A DNA stretch of 64,000 bases from Mobula hypostoma (taxonomy: Eukaryota). The stretch spans positions 102,364,001 to 102,428,000 of the forward strand of contig NC_086107.1 in assembly GCF_963921235.1 (NCBI RefSeq), written 5' to 3'. The translations under genes and the position numbers were made by a program. This document shows positions 14,838-27,029 of the stretch, one piece after another. How positions within the stretch are numbered: position 1 is the stretch's first letter; each line of letters opens with the position of its first letter. The notes under the pieces are model-generated. The model saw only the letters and a program-made list of their open reading frames with translations, had not been told where the DNA came from and did not search any database.

Positions 14838-17800
14838 CTGAAAAGATTAAATGGGCTAGTTAAAGATACCTCCACTCCCCAACACCACCCCCCCCCACCA
14901 TTTTATAAGTGCATCTTGCACCATGGCAAAGGTGTGTTACTCTATACAATCTAGTTAACCCACCTTTCCAGTGTAAACCCCACACTTCACATTCACCAGA
15001 CGGCAATGTTTCTCAAATTCCCCGCTCCATCTGAAGTTCAAGGAGCTCATCTTGCAATCCCATTAGTAAATGCTCTGCCATTTTACTGAAAAGCAGTTTT
15101 CTGCCGAAAAGCATCCGTGAACCACTTTGAAACTGGAGATCACTTTTGTCCCAGTAACATGCTATCACTGTCTCTATACACAGAAAAGATTACATCAAGA
15201 TACATACACGGAATTGGTACAATCGTTCTTCCAATCAATCATTTGATATTGAAATTCAACAATTTCAAGCATTTCACTTTCCTTGAATTCATCAGAATTG
15301 TTCATATTCTGATGAAGGTTATCTATCCGTGAGGTCACAACATGAATAGTTCATTATTAAGACTATCTGACTGCAGTGATGCTTCTGAAATCTCTGACCC
15401 ACATTTCAGCTTTTCATCCATTCTTCAGTTGGCACTCTCCCATTCTGACTTCCGTCACTAATCTCTCAACTGCTCATCACCACAGCAATTCTGGCTGCAT
15501 TCTAGTCGGGATTTCCCCTTTGTCCTGTCATCCCTCTCCCAATCTCTCTGCAACTTAACTTACTTCTCAATCTCCTTCCCACTCTTTGATGTGAAACGTT
15601 TCTTATTTCTCCTTCCACAGATGTTGCCTGGCAGGCTGAGAATTTCTAGTGCATGAGTCACAAAAAAGCATGTCCAGCAATAATTGAGATGGACAAAGGC
15701 ACTTTAGCCTCTGCAACTGGATCCTCTACTTTCTTATAGGAAGACCACAGTCAGTGCAGACCAGTGATATCTCCTCCTCACTGACCACCACACCACAGGC
15801 ACACCTCAAGGATGTGTGCACAGCCAACTGCTCTACTTTCTCTACAGTCATGATGGTGTGGCTAATCATTGCTCAAACACCATTTATAAGTTCACCAATG
15901 ACACCACTGTTGACGGTAGAATCTCTATTGTCAGTGAGGAGGCTTGCAGGAACAAGATAGATTGGCTGGTCAAGTGTTGTCACAACAATCTCACGTCAAT
16001 GATCACAGAACTGATTGCAGACTTCAGAAAGGGGAAGAGTGAACAGCTTCATGTTTGTGGGCTCAAAATCTCAGGCTCTATACAGTACTGGGCCCAACAT
16101 ATTGATGCAATCATGAAGTCTGCATGCCAACAGCTCTACTTTATTAGGAGTTTGAGGTGATTTGGTTAAGTCAACAAAGACTCAAAAAATTTCTATAGAT
16201 GTACAGTGAAGAGATGTACGGTTTCATCACAGCTGTATGAAGCCTCCAATGCACAAGATCGCAGGAGGCTACAGAGAGATCCAGACTCAGGCAGATCCTT
16301 CACGGGAATGCAGGCTTGCCTGCTGCAGCCACCCAGGGAGGAAAGGCACCAGAGGTGTCCAACCCTCCAGAGTTCGCTCAGTGGAAAACAAGCTGGACTG
16401 TGTGCATGCATTTGTTCATCAGCAGACTGCTGAAGGCTTGTTGTTGCTGACAACACCATTGCACCACCAATTTACAAGACATGCCACTCAGGGACTTGGA
16501 CTATATTATATTACTTTTATATAACAGTATACTTACTGCTGTCTTGTATACGCTATATGTGCCTTGTGCTGTGTACGACTGTTGGTACTGTGTTTTACAC
16601 CTTGGCCCTGGAGGAACACTGTTTTGTTCAGCTGTACTCACGGGGATTCATGTATGGTTGAATGATAATTGAAATTGAATTTGAATCCTCCCCACTAAGT
16701 ACATCTTCAGGAGGTAACGCCTAAAGAACCTGGCATCTGTCATTAAGGACCCTCACCATCAGGTTCATGCCCTCTTCTGGTTTAAGACGGCATTACCAAA
16801 AGCGTGTGACAGATTACTGGCAGTTTGAAAGCAAAGAAATTTGATTAAAGACATTAATAATAACACTATTTTTAAAAAAAGGTAAATTATGGTAACTATC
16901 ACTGCAAACAATGAAGAGGTGAACGAAGGCAAAGCAAGTTCAAGAGATGTGCCCTGCTGGTGCGCTGCAACATCAACACACTTGGAGATGGAGCCGTGCT
17001 GGTTGGAGTGAATGATTCGGAGAAGAGACGATGAGGCAGAGGATTTCCAATGCCCGTCCAACTAACCTGGGTGCAAGGGTGGATCACTCTAAGTGGCGAG
17101 CCGATTTGGAGAGGTCGAGAATGGTTTCTTCGGCGGCAAGATCTAGACCTCAATCAAATTTCTGGGCAGCGTGCTCTAAGCCTGGAGTGATTCGCCATGG
17201 CGGAGCCCCGGTCCTAATGCGAGGTATGATCTACTGTTTGGACAATTTAAACGCCAGCCCAGATAGACAGGGGACTCCTCTCTCCACGACGCTGAGGCTG
17301 TGAGATTGCTCCAGGCTGATGTGCTTCGTGTCTGCGAACTTTGTTGCAATTTGCCCCACTAATATGATGAACTGAATACCGAGGCTTTAGGCCTTCTCCG
17401 AAGGTTCAGATCTAAAGGACTCAATTTGGTCTGGAATGTTGTTGCTTGTTTCTATTGTTTGCATGATTTGTGTTTCTCCACCCCACCCCCCCTTCTCTGT
17501 GCGCATTGGGGATTGGTCTTTATTTTTTTTTAATTGGTTTTTTTTTGGGTGTCTTGCTTTGCTGCTGCCTGTAAGCAAACAAATCGCAATGTTGTATAAT
17601 TTATACATTCTTTAATAACAAATTTACTTTGAATCTTTTTGTTATCATCAGGGAGGAATACAAGAGCCTGAAGACCTATACTCAAAGATTTAAGAAAACC
17701 TTCTTCCCCTCATCCATCAGATTTCTGAATGGTCCATGAACACTACCACTTTCTTTGCACTATTTATTCTTACGTCGAAAGGTACAGTAGCACTGGGCAG

Positions 17801-18442
17801 TCCAGTGAAGATTCACCAGGCTGAGTCTTGGGATGAGAGGGTTCCTCAATCAGGAAAGGCTAGTTTGAGTAGGCATTCCTTGGAGTTTAGATGAATGAGG
17901 AAATGTCAAAAGGAAGAGACTTCCCACTTTAACAAGAGTTCAAGAACGACAACTAAATTCACCATAAAAGAGCATGGTTACAGAAGGAGATGATGGGAAA
18001 GAGAAAAGATTATATATTGAAGGATACGACTATCACAGTGAGGCTGAAGAATTTCAGGATGGACAAAGGGTCAGAAATGGAGAAGAAGTTTCCCTGAAGA
18101 CTGGAGAAAGTTTGGATTACTTGATTAATGGAAGGTTGAGTACATAAAATTCACCAGGAAAGCGACTGAATTGTTAGCTAGAGGTGCAAGAGTTACATAT
18201 AAAAGATCCTGTATGAATATTAGGCAAGGGCAGAGAGGGCCAACCTTATTTAGTAGAAAATAAGTAGTCTGTGATATGGAATTGGATATTCTGCTTAAGA
18301 TTCAAGTAGAACATGAAGGTTGCAAGAAATTGGCTTTAACCTGTGGAGAAAGGAGCTGGTGGTGAGGAGATAGTCTAAGATAGGGACCACAGAATGACTA
18401 TTAGTGGGTGGGATTCCTTAGTCTGAAAACACTGATGAGCTG

Positions 18443-19315
18443 TGTGACGAGAGTACACATAGATTAAGATGTTAGCTGTCCTGTGCTGGCACCAGTGGGA
18501 TCAGCAGTTGGTCTGCCACCTGTCTTCAGGAGAAAGAGAGATAAGGAAAACAATGGAGCAGCATTTGGAGATGTTAATGAAGGGGCGGAAGGAGAGCTGT
18601 CAAGATCGGCTCCCCTTTGAACCCTGAACTGTTTGAAGTGATGGACAGGCGATACCCCAGCAGGGGGATAAAAAGGGACAGGTTCGCTAAGGCAAGACAC
18701 ACACGACACCACGAGGTAACGAGACCCTGGAAGCGGTGCGCCTCCCACAAGTCGGTGGGAGTTTTGGAGGGCTGGTCGCGGGACCAAGCCATAGACGCAC
18801 AGGGTGGAAAGGTACGATCGGCGGGAACCTGGTGTGTGTCCGCCCTTGCCTGGGTGCCAGGTTCACCGCAGAGAAACGATCGTATCTGGAAACGGAGGGG
18901 TCATGGTCAGTGACCTCAGAAGACATCACAAAGGGCTCGCCCGAAAGCTGACTGCGAAGAATATCGAAGGTCTGTGTGGAAGCCGTTTGAATATTCATTC
19001 GTTTTTGCTCTCTCTCTCTCCTTCCTCCCACTGTCTATCGCCACGGCAGTGATTACTGTGAACTGAACTGAACTTTGCGTCACTTTGAAACTAGTCATTT
19101 ACCCCTAGACGATGATAGAGCTTGATTGATCCTGTTATCCTAATTCTGTGTACATGCGTGTTTATCATTGCTGAACTGTTGCATTTATTATCCTTTTGAT
19201 TAGAGTACTGTGTTGCTTGTTTCTTTAATAAAACTTTCTTAGTTCCAGTAATCCAGACTCCAACTGAGTGATCCACTTCCGCTGGTTTGGCAACCCAGTT
19301 ACGGGGTACGTAACA
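18443..19315 (+). repeat. 5' LTR of the Gmr1-like element
   Basis: TGTGACG...GTAACA; near-identical to 22478-23349; AATAAA near the 3' end. Confidence 0.95.
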
Positions 19316-19319
19316 TAAG

Positions 19320-19338
19320 TGGGGTTCTCGTCCACGAT
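19320..19338 (+). promoter_or_regulatory. Primer-binding site, tRNA-Pro-like
   Basis: TGGGGTTCTCGTCCACGAT just after the 5' LTR, resembling the canonical TGGGGGCTCGTCCGGGAT. Confidence 0.7.
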
Positions 19339-19414
19339 TTTGAACGCTAAATTTGGGACGGAGTAAATTGATTGGGTTAAAATTCCCGAAAGAAAGAAAA
19401 GACAAACAGCAGAA

Positions 19415-20057
19415 ATGGAGGCTGAGGAATTTATAAAGGCACCGACCTTGGAGGCATTAGAGGATGCCAGGAAAGTGGAATTGGCAGCTGTGGCCAAACG
19501 GTTGAATCTTGTTAAGGGGAAGTTGACAATGAGGAGAGAGAAGATACACAGAGCTATTGTAGAGCACTATGTATCTATAGGTGTGTTTCCCCAAGGGGAG
19601 CTGGAGGTGGTGTCTATTGAAAAACCTGCTGGAGACGCGGTACAGGTGCAGCTTGAAAAACTGAGACTCGAGCATGAGTTTCGGGTACGGCAGTTAGAAC
19701 ACGAAGAGAAGCAGTTAGAAAGGCAGGAGAAAGAGAAACAGTTAGAAAGGCAGGAGAGAGAGAGAGAGAGTTAGAAAGGCAGGAGAAAGAGAAACAGTTA
19801 GAAAGGCAGGAGAGAGAGAGAGAGAGAGAGTTGGAGCAAGAAGAGAGGCAGTTGGAGAAACAGAGGGAAAGGGAATTTGAGCTGGAGAAGTTAAAGATAA
19901 GGGCAGAGCAGGGGCCCGTGCTGAACCAAGGTGGAGGGTTCCAGGTGACCCAGGAAGTTAGGCTGGTTCCCCCATTTGACAATACCGATGTGGATCGGTA
20001 CTTTCTCCATTTCGAAAAAGTTGCTACAAGTCAGGACTGGCCGAGGGATAAGTGGGC
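19415..20057 (+). pseudogene. gag: Truncated gag (Gmr1-type) with coiled-coil repeat and frameshift
   Basis: MEAEEFIKAP..., then QLERQEKEK repeats, frameshift in a (GA)n tract, then VRLVPPFDNTDVDRYFLHFEKVATSQDWPRDKWA; ends at the deletion junction. Confidence 0.8.
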
Positions 20058-21076
20058 GGGAGTACATGATGACTATGATGTGCGCCGCCATCAGGTTTCC
20101 GGAGGCGGTGCCCCTGGCCAGCGTAAAGGCTCCTGCAGTGGTAAAGGCGCTTGTGAAATTTTTCACTACAGTGAGGCTGCCCAGGGAAATCCAGTCGGAT
20201 TAGGGGAGTGTCTTCACATCTCACACATTCTGACGGATGTTGGATGAGATGGGAGCAAAGCAGATTTTGGCCTCCGCGTACCACCCTGAGTCACAAGGGG
20301 CGTTGGAACGATTCCATGCCACATTAAAGACCATGATTAAAATTTACTGTCAAGAAAACGCTAGGAGCTGGGATGATGCTTTGCCCCTCCTCTTATTTGC
20401 CGTGAGGGACACGGTTCAAGAGTCATTGGGGTTCAGTCCATTCGAGCTCGTCTTTGGTCAACGGCCCAGAGGACCCCTGACCTTACTAAAAGAGCAATGG
20501 TCCAGTCTGGCAGTCCAAGTTAATGTGATTGATTACGTTTTAAAATTTCGTGAGAGGCTTGAAAGGATCTGTGACCTTGCCAAAGAAAATCTGTGACACT
20601 CCCAGACTAAAATGAAAAAATGGTATGATAGGCGTGCCCGCGAAAAAGTGTTCTAAGTGGGCGATCGGGTCTTAGTTCTGTTCCCAGTGGTAGCCAACCC
20701 CCTCCAGGCGAGATTCCACGGTCCGTACAAGGTAATTAAAAAGATAGACCCTTTGAATTATGTTATCGAAACGCCGGACAGGCGTAAACCCACACAGTTG
20801 GTACACATTAACATGTTAAAAGTCTACCACGATCAGAAAGAAAACCCGGTTGGTGTTATCACGGAAATTAATGAGGCTGGGGTGTCGAATGAGACGGGGA
20901 AAACCCATCTCGAAAAGATGAATATGGTGCCGACCCGATTGGAGAACTCTATTGTTCTGGCTAAGTTTGCTGATAACGTCTCTCACCTAACCCCCGAACA
21001 AAGCGGGCCATTGATAAAGCTAATTCACCGGCACGCAGATGTATGTCCCGATGTCCCGAGGTGATGCAAAGGGACA
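20058..21076 (+). pseudogene. pol: Integrase core plus GPY/F C-terminal region, N-terminus deleted, five in-frame stops
   Basis: RFPEAVPL...IQSD*G...SAYHPESQGALERFH...FSPFELVFG...FHGPYKV...VHINMLK. Same frame as the RT; stops at 20201, 20231, 20594, 20654 and 21062. Confidence 0.9.
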
Positions 21077-22360
21077 GTGCATGATGTTGTGGTCACCTCA
21101 GACCAGCCTATTAAACAACACCCCTATAGGATGAACTTGGAGAAGGGCAAGCTAGTGGAGAAAGAAATTGAACACATGCTAACCACAGATATTATTAGGC
21201 CATTTAAGTCAAAATGGGCGTCTCCCTGTGTGGTTGTCCCAAAAGCCGATGGGAGCATCCGATTCTGTACAGATTACAGAAAGGTGAATGCTATCACGAA
21301 AACTGATGCTTACCCCATCCCAAGGGTAGACGATTGCATCGATAAAGTGGGGAGAGCTACGTACATCACCAAGATCGATTTGCTGAAAGGGTACTGGTGT
21401 GTTCCTTTAACCGACCGGGCTAGAGAAATCTCAGCATTTGTCACTCCCTCCGGTTTATACGAGTATAATGTTCTACCTTTCGGCATGAAAAACGCCCCAG
21501 GGACCTTCCAGAGGATGATTAATTCAGTAATAAAGGGACTAAGGAACACAGAAGCATATATTGATGATTTGGTGGTCTGGAGTGACACATGGGAGGAGCA
21601 CATTGTGGCGGTAGAGGAGCTATTTAAATCGCTGTCGGAAGCCAACTTGACAGTGAACCTCGCAAAAAGTGAGATCGGCCACGCGAAGGTCACTTATCTG
21701 GGATTTGTGGTAGGACAGGGGCAGCTGGCTCCGATGCAGGCTAAGGTGCGGGCTATCTCGGAGGTCCCCACCCCGACAGACAAGAGAGCCCTGAGAAGGT
21801 TCTTGGGGATGGTGGGGTACTATAGGAAGTTTTGCAAAAACTTTGCGGATATTTCCCTCCCTCTCACTAAGCTTTTGCCAAAGAATGCGAAGTTTGTGTG
21901 GAATGACCTTTGCCAACAAGCCTTCGAGAGTCTGAAGGCGATTCTGTATTACCATCCTGTGCTAAATGCGCCTGATTTTTCAAAACCCTTCTCCCTAGCA
22001 ACAGATGCTAGCGACGAAGCTGCCGGGGCGGTGCTGTTGCAGACCGACAAAGAGGGGGTTGAGCACCCAGTCGCTTACTTTTCCAAGAAATTTAATACCC
22101 ATCAGAGAAATTATTCCACTGTGGAAAAGGAGTTACTGGCCATCATACTAGCATTACAACATCTTGAAGTTTATATTTGCCCGGCACGGAAGCCACTGGT
22201 AATTTACACTGACCACAACCCATTAGTGTTTTTGGCCACTAAGAAAGATAAAAACAAAAGATTGCTAAGTTGGAGTCTGGTGCTACAGGAATTTGATATA
22301 AAAATTACACATATAAAAGGAACGGAAAATGTGATTGCTGACTGTCTGTCAAGGTGTTGA
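21077..22360 (+). CDS. pol: Open RT-RNase H portion of pol (427 aa)
   Basis: FCTDYRKVN, IDLLKGYW, LPFGMKNAP, YIDD; RNase H TDAS...EKEL...TDH...ADCLSR. Probably not expressed as an independent ORF. Confidence 0.85.
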   Translation: MHDVVVTSDQPIKQHPYRMNLEKGKLVEKEIEHMLTTDIIRPFKSKWASPCVVVPKADGSIRFCTDYRKVNAITKTDAYPIPRVDDCIDKVGRATYITKIDLLKGYWCVPLTDRAREISAFVTPSGLYEYNVLPFGMKNAPGTFQRMINSVIKGLRNTEAYIDDLVVWSDTWEEHIVAVEELFKSLSEANLTVNLAKSEIGHAKVTYLGFVVGQGQLAPMQAKVRAISEVPTPTDKRALRRFLGMVGYYRKFCKNFADISLPLTKLLPKNAKFVWNDLCQQAFESLKAILYYHPVLNAPDFSKPFSLATDASDEAAGAVLLQTDKEGVEHPVAYFSKKFNTHQRNYSTVEKELLAIILALQHLEVYICPARKPLVIYTDHNPLVFLATKKDKNKRLLSWSLVLQEFDIKITHIKGTENVIADCLSRC

Positions 22361-22477
22361 CAACTTAAAATTCGCTGTATTAGCCAAATAGCTGATGAAG
22401 ATGTATATTTGTGTGTATCAAATAATGTATTCACGTTTGTAATTTTTACCCTGGTAAAAATCCTTAAAGGTGAGGGG

Positions 22478-23349
22478 TGTGATGAGAATACACATAGATT
22501 AAGATGTTAACTGTCCTGTGCTGGCACCAGTGGGATCAGCAGTTGGTCTGCCACCTGTCTTCAGGAGAAAGAGAGATAAGGAAAACAATGGAGCAGCATT
22601 TGGAGATGTTAATGAAGGGACGGAAGGAGAGCTGTCAAGATCGGCCCCCCCTTTGAACCCTGAACTGTTTGAAGTGATGGACAGGCGATACCCCAGCAGG
22701 GGGATAAAAAGGGACAGGTTCGCTACGGGCAAGACACACACGAGACCCCGGAAGCGGTGCGCCTCCCACAAGTCGGTGGGAGTTTTGGAGGGCTGGTCGC
22801 GGGACCAAGCCATAGACGCACAGGGTGGAAAGGTACGATCGGCGGGAACCTGGTGTGTGTCCGCCCTTGCCTGGGTGCCAGGTTCACCGCAGAGAAACGA
22901 TCGTATCTGGAAATGGAGGGGTCACGGTTGGTGACCTCAGAAGACATCACAAAGGGCTCGCCCGAAAGCTGACTGCGAAGAATATCGAAGGTCTGTGTGG
23001 AAGCCGTTTGAATATTCATTCGTTTTTGCTGTCTCTCTCCTTCCCCCCACCGTCCATCGCCACGGCAGTGATTACTGTGAACTGAACTGAACTCAGTTGA
23101 ACTGAACTTTGCGTCACTTTGAAACTGGTCATTTACCCCTAGACGACGATAGAGCTTGATTGATCCTGTTATCCTAATTCTGTGTACATGCGTGTTTATC
23201 ATTGCTGAACTGTTGCATTTATTCTCCTTTTGATTAGAGTACTGTGTTGCTTGTTCCTTTAATAAAACTTTCTTAGTTCCAGTAATCCAGACTCCAACTG
23301 AGTGATCCATTTCTGCTGGCTTGGCAACCCAGTTACGGGGTACGTAACA
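22478..23349 (+). repeat. 3' LTR of the Gmr1-like element
   Basis: Follows the PPT; differs from the 5' LTR by roughly two dozen substitutions (counted by eye) and two ~15-bp indels. Confidence 0.95.
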
Positions 23350-23694
23350 GCTGGAAGACCCATAGGCTGGAGATACATCTTCCTAGAGCTCAGCTAGGTG
23401 GAGAAAATACAAAGGAGGAAGTTGGATGGATCAGGCATCATGGTATATGCTCACAGTGGGATAAACCACATAAAGAAAAACAACAGGCTGAAGCTGCAAG
23501 ACAATAAAACTATCATGATTCACTATCATTACACTGTTAAAACTCCAGCAACATCTGGAGAACCCACATGCACTTCAGTGCTGAAATCCAAAACTGCATG
23601 GTGTGCAACAGACACAAAATGCTCGAGGAACTCAGCAAACAAGGGAGCGTCTATGGAGGGGAGTAAAGAGTCGACACTTTGACTGCTTACTTGG

Positions 23695-23730
23695 AGTCCT
23701 GAAGAAGAGTCTCAGCCTGAAACGTCAACT
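23695..23730 (+). ncRNA. Minimal hammerhead motif, core intact, stems partly decayed
   Basis: AGTC-CTGAAGA-AGAGTCTCAGCCT-GAAA-CG-TC-AACT within foldback element ~23605-23830. Confidence 0.55.
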
Positions 23731-24733
23731 GCTTACTCCCTTCCCCGGATGCTGCCTGACTCGCTCAAGTTCCTCCAGGATTTTGTGCATGCTGCCCATG
23801 ACTTCCAGCTTCTGCAGAATCTCTTGTGTTTATGATTTGCCCCTCTACATGATGTACCATTTTGCAATTCTCCAGTATAGTCTTCAGAAATAACTGGAAA
23901 CTTAATTGTGAAACTAAGCTGGTAAGGGGTACCAAAAAAAGCAGTAAATGCAATAAGCTCAAAAGGGTCAAAGCTGCAAAGTTAGCATATCATCTTATTG
24001 ATAATGAATTTAAGTTACTTTTTCTTTTATGGATAATTACAAGCTATTCTTATAAAATGCTCAGAAAATATTTTGCCTTTTGTACAAGGCATAGGTGAGC
24101 TTATAATGACACACTATGCCAACACTGTCTCCATAAAACATATGTAAAATTTCAATACTTTCACATGCGTTTTGAAACTTTAATGGATTTTTTTTTTAAA
24201 AAAAGAAAGTTTCTTATTTCCTACCCTAATCACAAACATTTCTGGCTCAGTAAAAGTCGTTGAAGCTCCGCTTTTTGAACTTCTTGATTTAAATATCTGT
24301 GAGAAATCTTTAACCTGATTGGCTGCTCAGCTAGCTGGATGACCTCACCCTTCCTAGACACAGGAAACCAATCCGACAGCACTCGATGTTGATAAAGGAA
24401 AAGCAACTGAGAACATTACACCACAAAAATCAGCAGCAAATGACATCATTTAGCAGCTAATTAAAGAACCCAGACTATTGTAAAAGATCTTGCATTACAT
24501 ATTCCAATTACAAGTATTATTTCAAAATGCTCTTAATTACTAGTTTGTGTAGTATTCTTCCATATTCGTTAAAGAGTCAGAATTTGGACAGCTCAGGAAG
24601 TAATTAAAGGTGGGAAATGAATAACAGGAATGAAAACTCTAAAGGATGTTGCTCAAAACAGTAAATAAAGGGGGTAACCATTTTAGTAGGGGATTTGATT
24701 AGATGTAAATGAAACAAGCCTAAGCAAACTAAA

Positions 24734-26040
24734 TTCAAAGTTCAAAGTAAATTTAATATCAAAGTCCATACATGTCACCATATGTGACCCTGGAAGGTGG
24801 GGGTCCTCGATGATGGATGCTACTTTCATGCTCCCTGTAGATGTGCTCAATGGTGGGGAGGGCTTTACTCATAATGGACTGGGCTCTATCCACTTTTTGT
24901 AGGCTTTTCCATTCAAGGACTCTGGTGTTTCCATAACGGGCCTTGACGCAACCAGTCAATATATTCTCCACAGGACATCTACAGAAGTTTGTCAAAGTTT
25001 CAGATGACGTGCTGAATCTTTGCAAACTTCTGAAAAAAAGTAGAGGTGCTGCTGAACCTCCTTCAATATGGCACTTATGTGCTGGACCCATAACATCAGC
25101 CGAAATGATCAACACTGAGGAATTTAAAGTTGCTGACCCTCTCCGTATCTGATCTCCCAATGAGCACTGGCTCTGGTTTCCTCCTTCCGAAGTCAATAAT
25201 CAGCCCCCCTGGTCTCGCTGACATCGAGTGAGACGTTGTCGCTGCAGCACCACTGAGCCAGATTTTCAATCTTCCCCCCACATGCTGATTCATCATCACC
25301 TTGGATTCGGCCAACGGCAGTGGTGTTGTCAGCGAACTTAATTATAGCATTGGATCTGTGCTCAGCCTCACAGTCGTAAGTATAAAATGAGTGGAGCAGG
25401 GGGTTAAGCACACAGCCTAGTGGCACACCTGTGCTGACGGAGATTGTGGAGGAGATAGTGTCAATCTAAGCTGACTGGGGTCTGCAAGTGAGGAAATTGA
25501 GGATCTTATTGCACAAGGAGGTACCCAGGCTAAGGCCTTGAAGCTTATTGATTAGTTTTGAGGGGATTGATGGTATTGAATACCAAGCTGTTGTCAAGAC
25601 AGAGCATCCTGATACATGCATCTTCACTGTCCAGATGTTCCATTTTTGAGTGAAGAGTCAATGAAATGGCATCTGCTGGTGGCCTGTTGTGATAGTAGGC
25701 AAATTGGAGTCGCTTCTGCGGCAGGAGTCAATATGTCTGATCACCAACCTGCCAGAGCACTTCATCACTGTGGATCTAAGTGTTAATAGACGATAGTCAT
25801 TGAGGAAGATTCCCACTTTCTTGGGCACCAGTTATAACTGAAACCTGCTTGATGCGAGTGGGTACATCAGACTGCCAAAGTGAGAGATTAAAGATATCGG
25901 TGAACACTCCAGCCAGTTGATCAGCACAGGTCCTAAGTACCTGGGCAGGTACATCGTCTGGATCGGATGCACCCTCCTGAAGGATGCTCTCATGTTGGCC
26001 TCAGAGACTGAAATCACAGCGTCATCAGGGGCCGTGGGAG
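24734..26040 (-). mobile_element. Rex1/Babar-type LINE 3' fragment (degenerate RT)
   Basis: GCVLNPLLHSFYTYDC...IIKFADNTTAVGRI and ENILTGCVKARYGN; tail ...AAATTTACTTTGAACTTTGA. Similar fragments at 678-1247, 15680-16690, 35890-36465, 60388-61100, 61370-61900 and 63560-63930. Confidence 0.78.
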
Positions 26041-26249
26041 TTTGTGAAAGTTCCTAGGACCAAGAGTTGGATGCTTAATGGTTTATCATGTGAACAATTT
26101 AGCATTTGTAAACGATATAAGATACAGGAAATGGAAGCCATTACATCACCATTAGTTGGGAATAGAGATTCACATTTCTGGGCAGCTCTGACTCAAACAA
26201 GTTCAGAACTTTGCTCTCATTCTGAAAGAGGTACAGTGTCAGGACTTAC

Positions 26250-26318
26250 TTTTTTTCCTGTAAGTCTTCTTCTTTGGCTTGTTGGTTTCTTTCCACTTAC
26301 CCACCGGTTGTTCAGGAG
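26250..26318 (-). CDS. L3MBTL2: L3MBTL2 coding exon (basic, NLS-like region)
   Basis: Polypyrimidine tract + tag, donor gtaagt, 69 nt, phase 1->1. APEQPVGKWKETNKPKKKTYRKK, positioned like the K-rich segment after MBT4. Confidence 0.82.
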
Positions 26319-27029
26319 CTATGTACAAAGTGAGGGAAAGAAATCTTAAATACAGGTCAAAGAAAAAACGGGAATTACACAACATATCTACCTGGGGCAC
26401 AGGCTGATATCCCCAATTTCTCTGTTGGCTTACAGCAACCAGTTACAAAGTAACATTAACAGAATCAGGCCATTCAGCCCATCAATTCTGCTCCACCATT
26501 TGATTATGGCTGATTTATTTTCCCTCAACCCCATTCTCCTACCTTCTCCCCACAACCTTTGATGCCATTACTAATCAAGGATCTTCCAACCTCGGCTTTA
26601 AATCGACTTGGCATCCACTGCTGTCTGTGGCAATGAATTCCATAGATTTATCACCCTCTGGCTAAAAAAAAATCTGTTCTAAATTATCTACCCTGAATAG
26701 ATTCACAGTTAGCGGACACTTTTGCTTACACTAAAAGAAAATGTTGGTGCTAGTCAGATTAGGCAGCAACTGCGAACAGAGAAATAGAGCTAACAGTTTA
26801 GGCTGTTGGCTCTTGATCAGAGCCTTAGCTTCATTTCCCTATGAACGATGCCTGCACTGTTGTGAAACCCCAACATTTTGTGCTTTTATTTCAGAGCATT
26901 CAGAGATGATGAGTCAGCATGGCTTTGGCTGTGTGGATTTGGAAATGGCTTGCTCACAGAAGGCAGTGGACGGTAGTAGATGGAGTGTATTCTGCCTGCA
27001 GGTTTCTGCATTATCTGATTTATCATAGA

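Larger units (their letters stand above)
18443..23349 (+). mobile_element. Gmr1-like Ty3/Gypsy LTR retrotransposon, internally deleted and defective
   Basis: TG...CA LTRs 18443-19315 and 22478-23349; 4-bp TSD GCTG (18439-42, 23350-53); tRNA-Pro-like PBS; PPT AAAGGTGAGGGG; domain order gag-INT-RT-RNaseH. Confidence 0.95.

Noticed and set aside
19690..19890. CRISPR-like array
   Set aside because: Coding tandem repeat without unique spacers, in a vertebrate retrotransposon.
22499..23310. ORFs of 100-195 aa within the LTRs, on both strands
   Set aside because: Frames are not preserved between the two LTRs and the solo LTR, and no domain similarity is evident.
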